Shown here: piece by piece, positions 1 to 10,971 of the stretch
Numbering within the stretch: the first letter of the stretch is position 1
How the letters are laid out: each line of letters begins with the position of its first letter
From: Actinomycetota bacterium
GTDB taxonomy: Bacteria; Actinomycetota; JAUVYG01
Length of the DNA: 63,981 nucleotides
Direction: 5' to 3'
Assembly (NCBI GenBank): GCA_030603185.1
Contig: JAUVYG010000001.1
Span: 1-63,981, forward strand
Notes under the pieces: generated by a model
Databases searched by the model: none
What the model was told of the DNA's origin: nothing
What the model saw: only the letters and a program-made list of their open reading frames with translations
Made by a program: the position numbers and the translations under genes

Positions 1-762
1 ATACAGAGGGCTCTTACGTATGAGATTGAGCGTCAGGACAAGGTTCTATCAGGGGGTGGCCGGGTCACTCAAGAGACTCGTCATTGGGATGCCGTTGGCC
101 AGCGCACCTCACCGACTCGTTCAAAAGAAGAGGCCCATGACTATCGCTATTTCCCAGAGCCGGATCTATTGCCGGTAGTCGTCGAGAAGTCCCTGATCGA
201 TGAGCTTCGTCAGAGCCTTCCTGAGCTACCCGAAGGTAAAAAGGCGAGATTCATAGATCAGTATGAGGTAAGTGACTATAACGCTGAGATCCTAGTGTCC
301 AGCCAAGCCATGGCCGACTATTTTGAGGCCGCAGCAGCGAAGACCAAGGATGTGGGCTCCGTGGTTCGCTGGATGACCGGTGAATTGTTGGGCCACCTGA
401 ACAGTGAAGGCAAAGACATCGAGGATAGCCTGATCAGTTCGGATGGGCTGATCGGTATGCTGGATCTGATCGAGCAGGGTACGATCAGCGGCAAAATGGC
501 CAAGGAAGTCTTCGAAGATATGTATTCCACCGGCAAGTCCGCGGCAGAGATCGTCAAAGATAAGGGCCTTGAGCAGATATCCGATGTGTCCGTTCTTGAT
601 GAGATCATTGCAAAGGTCATCGAGGGAAACCCAAGCGTCGTTGAGGATTTTCGGGGCGGCAAGGATAAGGCACTGGGTTTTCTTGTCGGTCAGGTCATGA
701 AAGAGACCAAGGGCTCCGCCAACCCTGGTGTTGTGAACAAGCTCCTCAAGGAAAAGCTCTAA
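1..762 (+). CDS. gatB: Asp/Glu-tRNA amidotransferase subunit B, 3' part (5' end outside window)
   Basis: Frame 1 is open from base 1. Translation reads IQRALTYEIERQ...HDYRYFPEPDLLPVV and ends in the GatB/YqeY-type tail GFLVGQVMKETKGSANPGVVNKLL. Confidence 0.9.
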   Translation: MQRALTYEIERQDKVLSGGGRVTQETRHWDAVGQRTSPTRSKEEAHDYRYFPEPDLLPVVVEKSLIDELRQSLPELPEGKKARFIDQYEVSDYNAEILVSSQAMADYFEAAAAKTKDVGSVVRWMTGELLGHLNSEGKDIEDSLISSDGLIGMLDLIEQGTISGKMAKEVFEDMYSTGKSAAEIVKDKGLEQISDVSVLDEIIAKVIEGNPSVVEDFRGGKDKALGFLVGQVMKETKGSANPGVVNKLLKEKL

Positions 763-772
763 AAAGAGTTCG

Positions 773-801
773 TTTACTTGCCCCAATGATTTGGATAGAA
801 T
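773..801 (+). promoter_or_regulatory. Candidate sigma70-type promoter (TTTACT-17 nt-TAGAAT)
   Basis: Hexamers at 773-778 and 796-801 with a 17-nt spacer, in the gatB/synthase intergenic region. By eye only. Confidence 0.35.
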
Positions 802-871
802 CAAAGGGCTTGTCTCACGGGCCCACTCGATGAAGCCCAGGTAACGAGCACTATTTCTAAATTCCTAACTA

Positions 872-2119
872 TTGAAATTAAGGTGCACTGTGACCAACAA
901 CGAAGAGCATCACGACCACCTAGAGACTCTTGTAATAGCAGAGGGCGACAGCAAACAGCCTCAGGTGTATATCGACGATACGACCTTAAGAGATGGCGAA
1001 CAGACGGCCGGCGTAGTGTTCGCAAACGCGGAAAAGATCAGGATCGCCAGACTTCTGGATGAAGTCGGAGTCAATCAGATCGAGGTCGGCATTCCCGCCA
1101 TGAAGGGCGATGAGAAGCAGACGATCGCAGACATCGTCGAGCTAGGCCTCAATGCCTCTATATTGGCGTGGAACCGGGCGGTTAAGTCTGACATTCAGCA
1201 TTCCATTGATTGTGGTGTGGACTCCGTCGCGATATCGATGTCAGCCTCTGAGATCCATATGGAGTACAAGCTTCAGAAGAGCAAGCAGTGGGTCTTAGAC
1301 AGCGTTCGATCTGCGGTAGAGTTTGCAAAGGAGAACGAGCTCTATGTCTCAGTCAATGCTGAGGATGCCTCGCGAGCTGAGCCTGACTTCCTCTTAGACT
1401 TTGCGAACACAGCGAAAGATTCCGGGGCTGATCGCCTTCGTTTCTGTGACACCCTCGGGGTGCTGGACCCATTTTCGACCTACGACTACATCAAGTTTCT
1501 ACGTGATAACGTCGACATTGACATCGAAATGCACACTCACAATGATTTCGGGATGGCAACGGCGAACACGCTCGCAGGCATTAAGGCCGGGGCCACCTAT
1601 GTTAATACCACCGTTAACGGATTAGGCGAGCGCGCAGGAAATGCGCCGCTAGAAGAGGTCATCATGGCCCTCAAGCATATGGGCGGTTTAGACCTGGGAT
1701 TCAAGACTCAGATGTTCCGCGAGTTGTCAGAGTATGTTGCAGGAGCATCCACCAGGACCATTCCAATATGGAAGTCCATCGTAGGCACTAACGTATTCGC
1801 CCACGAGAGCGGTATTCATGCCGATGGTGTCATGAAGAACCCCGCCACATACGAAGCCTTTCCGCCGGAAGAAGTGGGTCTTGAAAGGCAACTGATCATA
1901 GGCAAGCACTCAGGCAGCAAGTCCATCGTGATGAAGTTCCACGAGTACGGGATCGATTTGCCCGAGGACCAAGCCCAAGATGTGCTGGTCGAGGTTCGCA
2001 AGAGCGCAATCGCCCTAAAGAGAGCTTTGTTCGATAAAGAGTTAATGTTCATATACAAGGATTACCTCGCTCTGAAAGAGCGAGTCGACGTCAATGCAGG
2101 AATGGAGACAAAGATTTGA
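872..2119 (+). CDS. NifV/LeuA-family 2-oxoacid:acetyl-CoA condensing enzyme (homocitrate synthase-like; candidate Re-citrate synthase)
   Basis: Carries the DRE-TIM metal-site motifs [14 protein letters not shown] and [13 protein letters not shown]. Its 415 aa lack a LeuA C-terminal regulatory domain. The start is uncertain (TTG 872 or GTG 890). The stop overlaps the next start (TTGA at 2116-2119). Confidence 0.8.
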   Translation: MKLRCTVTNNEEHHDHLETLVIAEGDSKQPQVYIDDTTLRDGEQTAGVVFANAEKIRIARLLDEVGVNQIEVGIPAMKGDEKQTIADIVELGLNASILAWNRAVKSDIQHSIDCGVDSVAISMSASEIHMEYKLQKSKQWVLDSVRSAVEFAKENELYVSVNAEDASRAEPDFLLDFANTAKDSGADRLRFCDTLGVLDPFSTYDYIKFLRDNVDIDIEMHTHNDFGMATANTLAGIKAGATYVNTTVNGLGERAGNAPLEEVIMALKHMGGLDLGFKTQMFRELSEYVAGASTRTIPIWKSIVGTNVFAHESGIHADGVMKNPATYEAFPPEEVGLERQLIIGKHSGSKSIVMKFHEYGIDLPEDQAQDVLVEVRKSAIALKRALFDKELMFIYKDYLALKERVDVNAGMETKI

Positions 2120-2262
2120 GCACGCACAAAGTAACGATGATTCCCGGAGACGGAATAGGACCAGAGATTTCGGAAGCCATGAGAATGGTCGTGGAATCCA
2201 CCGGTATAGAGCGCATGGTCGACGACGAGACTGCTGAGAGCATCAAGAGGATCACCAACGCG
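2116..2262 (+). pseudogene. N-terminal stub of a resident isocitrate/isopropylmalate dehydrogenase-family gene
   Basis: The TTG start overlaps the upstream stop. [31 protein letters not shown] is the family N-terminal dinucleotide-fold motif. The frame ends at TAG 2263 after 49 codons. Confidence 0.7.
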
Positions 2263-2374
2263 TAGAAGGCGGAACCGGTCTTGAGGTACTTGACGGCATC
2301 CGGCTCAGTGGCCATGGCAATGGTGTCCCCGTGTCCGCCCAGAACCATGGTCCAAAATTTTGATGCTTTGATAA

Positions 2375-4648
<2,274 letters not shown>

Positions 4649-4682
4649 ATCTAAGCCCGAGTTGGGCTGAAACCCCTACAAA

Positions 4683-4719
4683 GGCCGGGATGAGCAGATC
4701 ATCCCGGCCTTTTTTATTT
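4683..4719 (+). terminator. Rho-independent terminator of idh
   Basis: Perfect 11-bp stem GGCCGGGATGA / TCATCCCGGCC (4683-4693 / 4699-4709) with a 5-nt loop, followed by TTTTTATTTT. Confidence 0.85.
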
Positions 4720-4899
4720 TCTCGCCCAGACTGCATTTACCCCTTTGTCAAGATTGCGCCTGCTTTCGGATCTAATCTATGCTTGCTGCAGTAAGGGGAG
4801 GTTTTATGCCTGCTCATGTGTTGTGGTTAATTGGGGACAGGGCTAGAACTTTGGGCTGATCGCCCCCATCTAAGTGTGAAATCAGACGGGTAGGAGCCG

Positions 4900-4980
4900 A
4901 TGGCAGGTCAAGACGATTGGTGGGAAGACGGTGATTTAGAGGTTCAGGAGGCCAAACCTGGGGTCAAACCTCCGCCACTC
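4900..4980 (+). pseudogene. clpS: 5' stub (27 codons) of a proteobacterial-type clpS
   Basis: RBS TAGGAG at 4891-4896, then ATG 4900. MAGQDDWWEDGDLEVQEAKPGVKPPPL matches the ClpS N-terminus up to the KPPxMYKV core, then breaks off. Confidence 0.6.
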
Positions 4981-4981
4981 T

Positions 4982-5554
4982 GCATCAGAGCGGATCTCTA
5001 AGTTCGCCTTTGACTACGCGCAGGAAGAGGGCCGCAAGATGGTCAGCTGTGTGACCAAAGCTAACATCATGAAATTCTCTGATGGTATGTTTCTGGACTC
5101 ATTCCGAAATATTGCCAAGGATTACCCAGATATTACCCCTGATGAGCGTTTGATCGATGCAATGTGTATGCAGCTGGTCATGAATCCACAGAATTTCGAC
5201 ACAATGGTAATGCCGAATCTCTACGGAGATGTGGTCTCAGATCTTTGTGCAGGCCTTGTTGGCGGCCTCGGGCTAGCTCCCGGAGCAAATATTGGCGATG
5301 AACTAGCGGTATTCGAACCAACGCACGGAAGTGCTCCGAAGTACGCTGGTACCAACAAGATAAACCCCACAGCGATCATTCTTTCTTCCGTTCTGATGCT
5401 ACGTCACCTTGGCGAGAAAGTCGCTGCGGACAACGTATTAGCAGCGGATAGACACGTTATAGGTGAAGGCAAGACCGTCACTTATGATCTTGGTGGAACT
5501 GCTGGAACGAAAGAGATGGGCGAAGCAATTGCTGAGCACATCTCAACCCTCTGA
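4982..5554 (+). pseudogene. C-terminal ~190 codons of a resident isocitrate/isopropylmalate dehydrogenase-family gene (KY NADP-type signature)
   Basis: The frame reads ASERISKFAFDYAQEEGRKMVSCVTKANIMKFSDGMF ... NLYGDVVSDLCAGLVGGLGLAPGANIG ... FEPTHGSAPKYAGTNKINP. No N-terminal half is attached. Confidence 0.75.
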
Positions 5555-7018
5555 TCAGAGAACTGACTCCACAAACACCTTGACCATCGCTGGGTCGAAC
5601 TGCTTGCCTGAGCAGGCGTGCAGCTCAGTGACTGCTACCTTCTCGTCGAGGGCGGGCCTGTATGGTCGATCTGAAGTCATTGCCTCATATGCATCTGCGA
5701 TTGCTAGAATTCTCGCCCCGTAGGGGATATTCTCACCGGAAAGGCCATCCGGATAGCCGCTCCCATCCATGAACTCGTGGTGGTGAAGGACGGCAGGTCC
5801 GACTTCCTCTGAGAGCGTGGTTCGGCCGATGATTTTATAGCTTAACTGCGGATGCTGGCGCATTTCACGATACTCGCCTTCCGTGAGCGCACTTGGCTTG
5901 GTGAGTATCTGGTCTGAGACCCCGATCTTTCCAATATCGTGAAGACGGCCGGCTTGATGAATCGCGGATATCTCTTGGTCTGACATCCCAAGGGCCTCTG
6001 CGAGCCGAATAGCATACTTCGACACTCTGCTGCTGTGGCCTGAGGTGTACGAATCCTTGGCGTCTATCGCTGAGGCCAGCGCGTCCATCGTTCCAAGGTA
6101 TGAGTCCTGAAGATTTGTATAGAGCTGGAAGCTCTTCAGGGCGACCGATATTTGACAGCAGAGAACTGTGAGCATGTCCAGATCGTCCTTTGTGAACGGC
6201 GGTTTACCCTCCTTCTTATTCAGATTAAGAACCCCGAGAGCTGACTGTTCTTCATCGCCAGGGTTCATGTAGGTGATGGGGATGGACACCGATGACAGCA
6301 ATTCCTCGCGGTCGAGCGGCTGCCCGAAGTTGTCTTGGTTGACGCCGTCCGGACCAAGATGTAAGGGAGTAGCATTCTGGGCGACCCAACCCGCCACTCC
6401 CTGGCCCAGAGGCTGGCGATCATCTCTGGATACTATATGATCCAGCCCCTGTGACGCCTCCACATAGAGTGACTGCGTATTCGAATCGATCAACATGATC
6501 GATCCACTATCTGCCTCGGTTTCCTCGACTGCAACAGTGAGGATGCTGTGTGCTAGCTCTTCGATACCTGCTCCGCCAGTGATCCTTTTGCCCATCTCTA
6601 GGACTGGGGACAGGCTTCGTAGCCCTGCGAGTTCGTCGTCCAGGCCCTTGCCGACAAGGGCCTGGACGACGGCATCAGCAAGATCATTCTCGTCATAGGG
6701 ACTAAGCAGAACCGAGACTGAAGTCATATCCAAAAGCGCCTTAGTGGTTCGAGCATCGTGATCATCAGCGATAGCCAGAACATAAATTGATTGAGAACTT
6801 TGTATCAGGTCGCGCAGTAGGTCTACGGAGGCTCTGTCGCCCCCAGGAAGACTGGTCATCACAACATCAAGGGAGTTGGAACGGATGAGTTCGGACGCGT
6901 GCGCCACCGAGGAAGAGGTGTGCACTAGTGCGCCCCTGTCATTCAGTAGTTTGCTTACGGATTTATCCGCAAGGATTGCGTCGCCGAACAGAAGTATTTC
7001 CAGACCGTCCATCGTCAC
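5555..7018 (-). CDS. Degenerate receiver-like domain / GAF / HD-GYP phosphodiesterase-type protein
   Basis: C-terminal HD-GYP motifs RLHDIGKIGV and HHHEFMDGSGYPDGL. The central region is GAF-like. The N-terminal CheY-like fold appears to lack the acceptor Asp (VVMTSLP). Confidence 0.8.
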   Translation of the reverse strand: MTMDGLEILLFGDAILADKSVSKLLNDRGALVHTSSSVAHASELIRSNSLDVVMTSLPGGDRASVDLLRDLIQSSQSIYVLAIADDHDARTTKALLDMTSVSVLLSPYDENDLADAVVQALVGKGLDDELAGLRSLSPVLEMGKRITGGAGIEELAHSILTVAVEETEADSGSIMLIDSNTQSLYVEASQGLDHIVSRDDRQPLGQGVAGWVAQNATPLHLGPDGVNQDNFGQPLDREELLSSVSIPITYMNPGDEEQSALGVLNLNKKEGKPPFTKDDLDMLTVLCCQISVALKSFQLYTNLQDSYLGTMDALASAIDAKDSYTSGHSSRVSKYAIRLAEALGMSDQEISAIHQAGRLHDIGKIGVSDQILTKPSALTEGEYREMRQHPQLSYKIIGRTTLSEEVGPAVLHHHEFMDGSGYPDGLSGENIPYGARILAIADAYEAMTSDRPYRPALDEKVAVTELHACSGKQFDPAMVKVFVESVL

Positions 7019-7138
7019 CCTTTATCTTCCACCGTTATCTTTGTCTATGGATACATCGGCTGTATCTGCTTTTAGCTTAACCGGGAGGCCGGTGTCGGGT
7101 GATGCTTTCGGCTCACTTGTGAGGCATAATCATTAACC

Positions 7139-8323
7139 ATGAACAGCCTCCCGAATAATCGTTGGATACTAACTCAGGACCAGATCAAGTCTGGACAGGC
7201 CACTGACATATATCTTGAAAGAATTTCAGGTATTCTTGCCAGTTCCGGTGTCGACCCATTGATTAGGGCCGAAGTGAGGGCAGGCCAGCTACCCGAGGGC
7301 TGGGATTGGGCGATACTGGCAGGAGTCGAAGAGGTAGCTGATCTATTTCAGGGTCTTGACGTTGAAGTTAGCTCTATTCAGGAAGGCACTTCCTTCCATA
7401 GGAACGAGCCTGTTCTTGCGATTGACGGGCATTTTTCGAAGTTCGCCGTCTATGAGACCGCACTTCTCGGCCTGCTGTGTCAGGCGAGCGGAATCGCCAC
7501 AAAATCTGCACGTATCCGTAAGCTCGCCCAGGGTAGACCGGTATTCAGTTTTGGTGCAAGAAGAATGCACCCCGCCATCTCACCCATGATCGATCGCGCT
7601 GCCTTTATTGGTGGCTGCGAAGGCGTAGCGATGGCCACTAGTGCTGCTCTTTTAGAAGAGGAGCCAGTAGGCACGATGTCTCATTCGCTTGTGATGTGCT
7701 TCGGAGACGAGAGGGCAGCCTTTAGGGCATTTGATGAGCACATGGATCGAGAGGTCCCTCGGATAGCCCTGGTCGATACTCTAAGTGATGAGAAGTTCGG
7801 CGCACTTGCCGCTGCCGAAGTATTTGCTGAGAAGCTTGAGGCAGTTAGGCTGGATACCCCGGGCTCCAGACGTGGAGATTTCAAAGAGATATGCAAAGAG
7901 GTGCGGTGGGAGCTTGACCTCAGAGGTTATGGCCACGTAAGAATTATGGCCACCGGCGGGATCGATGAGGCAGAAATCATCTCACTTAATCCTGTGGTCG
8001 ATTCCTATGGTGTCGGAACTGCTATCAGTAACGCGCCTGTTATAGACTTTTCCCTAGACATAGTCTCTGTGGACGGAGAGCCTGCTGCCAAGAGAGGCAA
8101 GCAGTCTGGGGGCAAGACCCTTTGGCGTTGCGCCAATGACCTACACTCTGATGTCACTCCCAGAGGATCAAGCCCGCCTAAGCATTGCGGTAAACCCATG
8201 GAAGAGCAGATAAAACCCCTAGTCAAAGATGGTAACATCGTACAGATGCCCGATAGACCCCGAGTCATTAGGGACAGGGTATTGAAGCAGATCGACTACC
8301 TGATGCTCGAAAGCGACGGTTGA
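7139..8323 (+). CDS. pncB: Nicotinate phosphoribosyltransferase (archaeal-type, ~390 aa)
   Basis: 394-aa ORF. Overall resemblance to the NAPRTase/QPRTase fold family (ATDIYLERI..., MSHSLVM, GGID). Called by recall, not by search. Confidence 0.65.
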   Translation: MNSLPNNRWILTQDQIKSGQATDIYLERISGILASSGVDPLIRAEVRAGQLPEGWDWAILAGVEEVADLFQGLDVEVSSIQEGTSFHRNEPVLAIDGHFSKFAVYETALLGLLCQASGIATKSARIRKLAQGRPVFSFGARRMHPAISPMIDRAAFIGGCEGVAMATSAALLEEEPVGTMSHSLVMCFGDERAAFRAFDEHMDREVPRIALVDTLSDEKFGALAAAEVFAEKLEAVRLDTPGSRRGDFKEICKEVRWELDLRGYGHVRIMATGGIDEAEIISLNPVVDSYGVGTAISNAPVIDFSLDIVSVDGEPAAKRGKQSGGKTLWRCANDLHSDVTPRGSSPPKHCGKPMEEQIKPLVKDGNIVQMPDRPRVIRDRVLKQIDYLMLESDG

Positions 8324-8337
8324 TGCGCGAGGCAGAC

Positions 8338-9498
8338 ATGCAAGTTCAGAAGAGAATCCGGCAGCTACTTCTCATTGTTCTGACACCTCTCCTTTTCGTT
8401 GTCGGTCCGGTCGAAGCAGCGACCCTGAATGTTGTCGCCCCCTCCGCCTATTTGCTCGATACGGACACCGGGCAGGTACTCCTCAGTAAGAATGCGGACG
8501 AGCAGCGAGCGATGGCTAGCACGACCAAAATGGTTACAGCTCTATTGGTCTTAGAGGCCGGTGAGCTCAATACTCTGGTCACAGTCAGTGCGCGAGCCGA
8601 TAAAGAGGGTGGCTCATCGCTCGGCCTCTACTTCGGCGAGATTATGTCTAGAGATGAACTTCTATGGGGGCTACTACTCAAGTCAGGTAATGACGCGGCC
8701 ATAGCCTTGGCGGAGTCCGTATCCGGATCCGTTGAGGAGTTTGTGGAGGACATGAACGTCTATGCAGCGGAGGTGGGCGCAGATTCAACCCATTTTGCTA
8801 ATCCGAATGGTATGCCTGACCCCGAACATTATTCGACCGCGAAGGACCTTGGTGTCCTGGCGGAGCAAGCCATGAAGCACAGTGAGTTCCGCAAGATAGT
8901 CGCGACCGAAAAACACACTATACCCAAGACAAATAAGTTCGAGGCCCGAGAGTACGAGAATCACAACCGCTTGATAGGTAACTATGCGTACGCAACGGGA
9001 ATCAAGACTGGCTTCACGAACAACGCTCGGCATTGCCTGGTCTCGAGCGCGACCAAGGATGACATCAACCTGGTGGCGATCGTGCTCGGAGGGTCTTCAC
9101 CTCAGAATGTTGCCGATGAGTCCCAGAGAATACTGGAGTGGGGCTATTCGCTATATTCCAACGAGGTTTTAGTCGCTCAAGGCGAAGAGGTAGGGGCTGT
9201 GAGCCTTGAGGGGGTCAAGGACACGCTAGCTCTGGTGTCCGGAGTAACACTTGAGGCGACTATCGCCGAGGACTCTCATCTTCGCCGCATCACAGCCTAT
9301 ACGGGCGATCTAGCGCCACCTATCGCCGAGGGGCAGGAGATGGGTGAGGTTATTCTGATGAGCGGCGACAAGCGTGTTGGTGCGGTTTCGCTGCTTGCCG
9401 AGCACGAGGTCAAAGCGCCCAGCTTCTTGTCTGAGATAGTGGCGGCCTCGACGGCGCTTTTTGCCGGCCTGTTCACATGGATAGGCTCCATATTCTAA
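8338..9498 (+). CDS. D-alanyl-D-alanine carboxypeptidase (PBP5/S11 family)
   Basis: Signal peptide MQVQKRIRQLLLIVLTPLLFVVGPVEA. Motifs: SxxK (ASTTKM), SxN (KSGND), KTG (IKTGFT). GAGG lies 5 nt before ATG 8338; alternative starts are at 8320 and 8323. Confidence 0.85.
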   Translation: MQVQKRIRQLLLIVLTPLLFVVGPVEAATLNVVAPSAYLLDTDTGQVLLSKNADEQRAMASTTKMVTALLVLEAGELNTLVTVSARADKEGGSSLGLYFGEIMSRDELLWGLLLKSGNDAAIALAESVSGSVEEFVEDMNVYAAEVGADSTHFANPNGMPDPEHYSTAKDLGVLAEQAMKHSEFRKIVATEKHTIPKTNKFEAREYENHNRLIGNYAYATGIKTGFTNNARHCLVSSATKDDINLVAIVLGGSSPQNVADESQRILEWGYSLYSNEVLVAQGEEVGAVSLEGVKDTLALVSGVTLEATIAEDSHLRRITAYTGDLAPPIAEGQEMGEVILMSGDKRVGAVSLLAEHEVKAPSFLSEIVAASTALFAGLFTWIGSIF

Positions 9499-10577
9499 CC
9501 ACTCCGCTTGAGAAGTATCATCTTGCCATCGGCGCCAAGATGACAGAATTCAGCGGATGGAAGATGCCAGTTTCGTACTCCGGTATCACCAGCGAGCATT
9601 TGGCCGTAAGGGAATCCGTAGGGGTCTTTGATGTTTCACACCTAGGTAGACTGCTTGTCAGTGGCGCCGCGGCTGCAGCGACATTGGGCAGGATCCTGAC
9701 ATTGGATGTCTCGAGGCTGGCAGTGAACACCGGTGCATACTGTCTGATCCTCAACTCGAATGCGGGTATCGAAGAGGATCTTATCGCTCTCAGGCAAGCC
9801 AATAATGAGTTTCTGCTTCTGGTGAATGCGGGGAATAGAGCCAAAGTCATAAAGACCCTCGAATCGGTATGCCCTGAGTCAGGCACTAGTATTCTCGATA
9901 CAACATTTAGCACCGTTATGCTCGCCATACAGGGACCGCGATGCCCCCAGGTGCTCGACCAGCTTGGGATTCAGATTGGTGACCTGCCCCGGTATGGCAC
10001 CAGCACTCAGGTCTGGCGGGGCGCGGACCTGACAGTAGCCAGATCTGGCTATACCGGCGAGCTGGGCTACGAGGTAATCGTCCCGGCTAAGCATGGTGAA
10101 AGACTGTTCCGAGAGATTGTGGCGGCAGGAGCAGGCATAGGGATTCTTCCCTGTGGCCTCGGCGCTAGAGACACTTTGAGGACTGAGATGGGCTATCCAC
10201 TGTGGGGTAATGATATCGACCCAGACACATCCCCGGACTCGGCGGGCCTTTTGTTCGCTGTCGATGCAGCTGACCATGAGTTCCTAGGCAAAGCTTCCCT
10301 TCTGAAGCAGATGACGAGGCAGACCTACAGTCTTTCCGGGCTTTCGATGGATTCTGGGATCGCAAGGCGAGGAGACAGGATTCTCTTGCCTGACGGCTCT
10401 TCCGTGCCAGTGACAAGTGGAACATTCTCGCCCTCGCTAAAAAGAGGAATCGCGCTCGCCTATCTTCCCTTGGCTGCCAATAAATTCCATTCAGTTCAGG
10501 TCGAGGTAAGAGGTAAACTTCATACAGCGGAAATCGTGGGCAGGCCAATCTATAGATTCGGAGGCGTAAATGGGTGA
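9477..10577 (+). CDS. gcvT: Glycine cleavage system T protein (aminomethyltransferase)
   Basis: TPLEKYHLAIGAKMTEFSGWKMPVSY ... GVFDVSHLG. Overlaps the upstream gene by 22 nt. Confidence 0.9.
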   Translation: MDRLHILTTPLEKYHLAIGAKMTEFSGWKMPVSYSGITSEHLAVRESVGVFDVSHLGRLLVSGAAAAATLGRILTLDVSRLAVNTGAYCLILNSNAGIEEDLIALRQANNEFLLLVNAGNRAKVIKTLESVCPESGTSILDTTFSTVMLAIQGPRCPQVLDQLGIQIGDLPRYGTSTQVWRGADLTVARSGYTGELGYEVIVPAKHGERLFREIVAAGAGIGILPCGLGARDTLRTEMGYPLWGNDIDPDTSPDSAGLLFAVDAADHEFLGKASLLKQMTRQTYSLSGLSMDSGIARRGDRILLPDGSSVPVTSGTFSPSLKRGIALAYLPLAANKFHSVQVEVRGKLHTAEIVGRPIYRFGGVNG

Positions 10578-10965
10578 CGGAGCAATCCATCCTGATGATC
10601 GAAAGTACTTCAAAGAGCATGAATGGGTGAGATCCGATGGAGCCAATGGCAGGGTCGGTCTTTCCGCATATGCCGCCGAGGCATTGGGTGACATCGTGTT
10701 CATTGAATTACCTGATGTTGGCTCAGCCGTAACGGCCACGGAGGCCTGTGGAGAGATTGAATCCGTTAAATCCGTTTCTACTTTGCACTCTCCCGTTTCG
10801 GGGACTGTCACAGCCGTGAATCAAAGCGCGGTGGACTCACCTGAGCTGATCAATAGCTCACCCAATGACGAAGGGTGGCTTTTCGAGGTCGAGATGAGTG
10901 GCGCGAACGAAACCGACGGCCTGATGTCGGCTTATGACTACAGTGCCTACGTCGACACCCTTTGA
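10570..10965 (+). CDS. gcvH: Glycine cleavage system H protein
   Basis: Lipoyl-lysine motif GEIESVKSVS. 131 aa. Confidence 0.92.
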   Translation: MGDGAIHPDDRKYFKEHEWVRSDGANGRVGLSAYAAEALGDIVFIELPDVGSAVTATEACGEIESVKSVSTLHSPVSGTVTAVNQSAVDSPELINSSPNDEGWLFEVEMSGANETDGLMSAYDYSAYVDTL

Positions 10966-10971
10966 TCTGAT

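Noticed and set aside
292-804. 170-aa and 114-aa reverse ORFs over gatB.
   Set aside because: They are antisense to a confidently identified gatB frame and show no motifs.
4806-4859. 17-aa ORF MPAHVLWLIGDRARTLG after GGGGAGG in the idh-clpS spacer.
   Set aside because: Too short, no recognisable family, and likely a chance ORF in the donor intergenic region.
9400-9545. Glycine riboswitch expected upstream of gcvT.
   Set aside because: gcvT overlaps the preceding carboxypeptidase gene by 22 nt, so there is no non-coding space and no riboswitch-like sequence.
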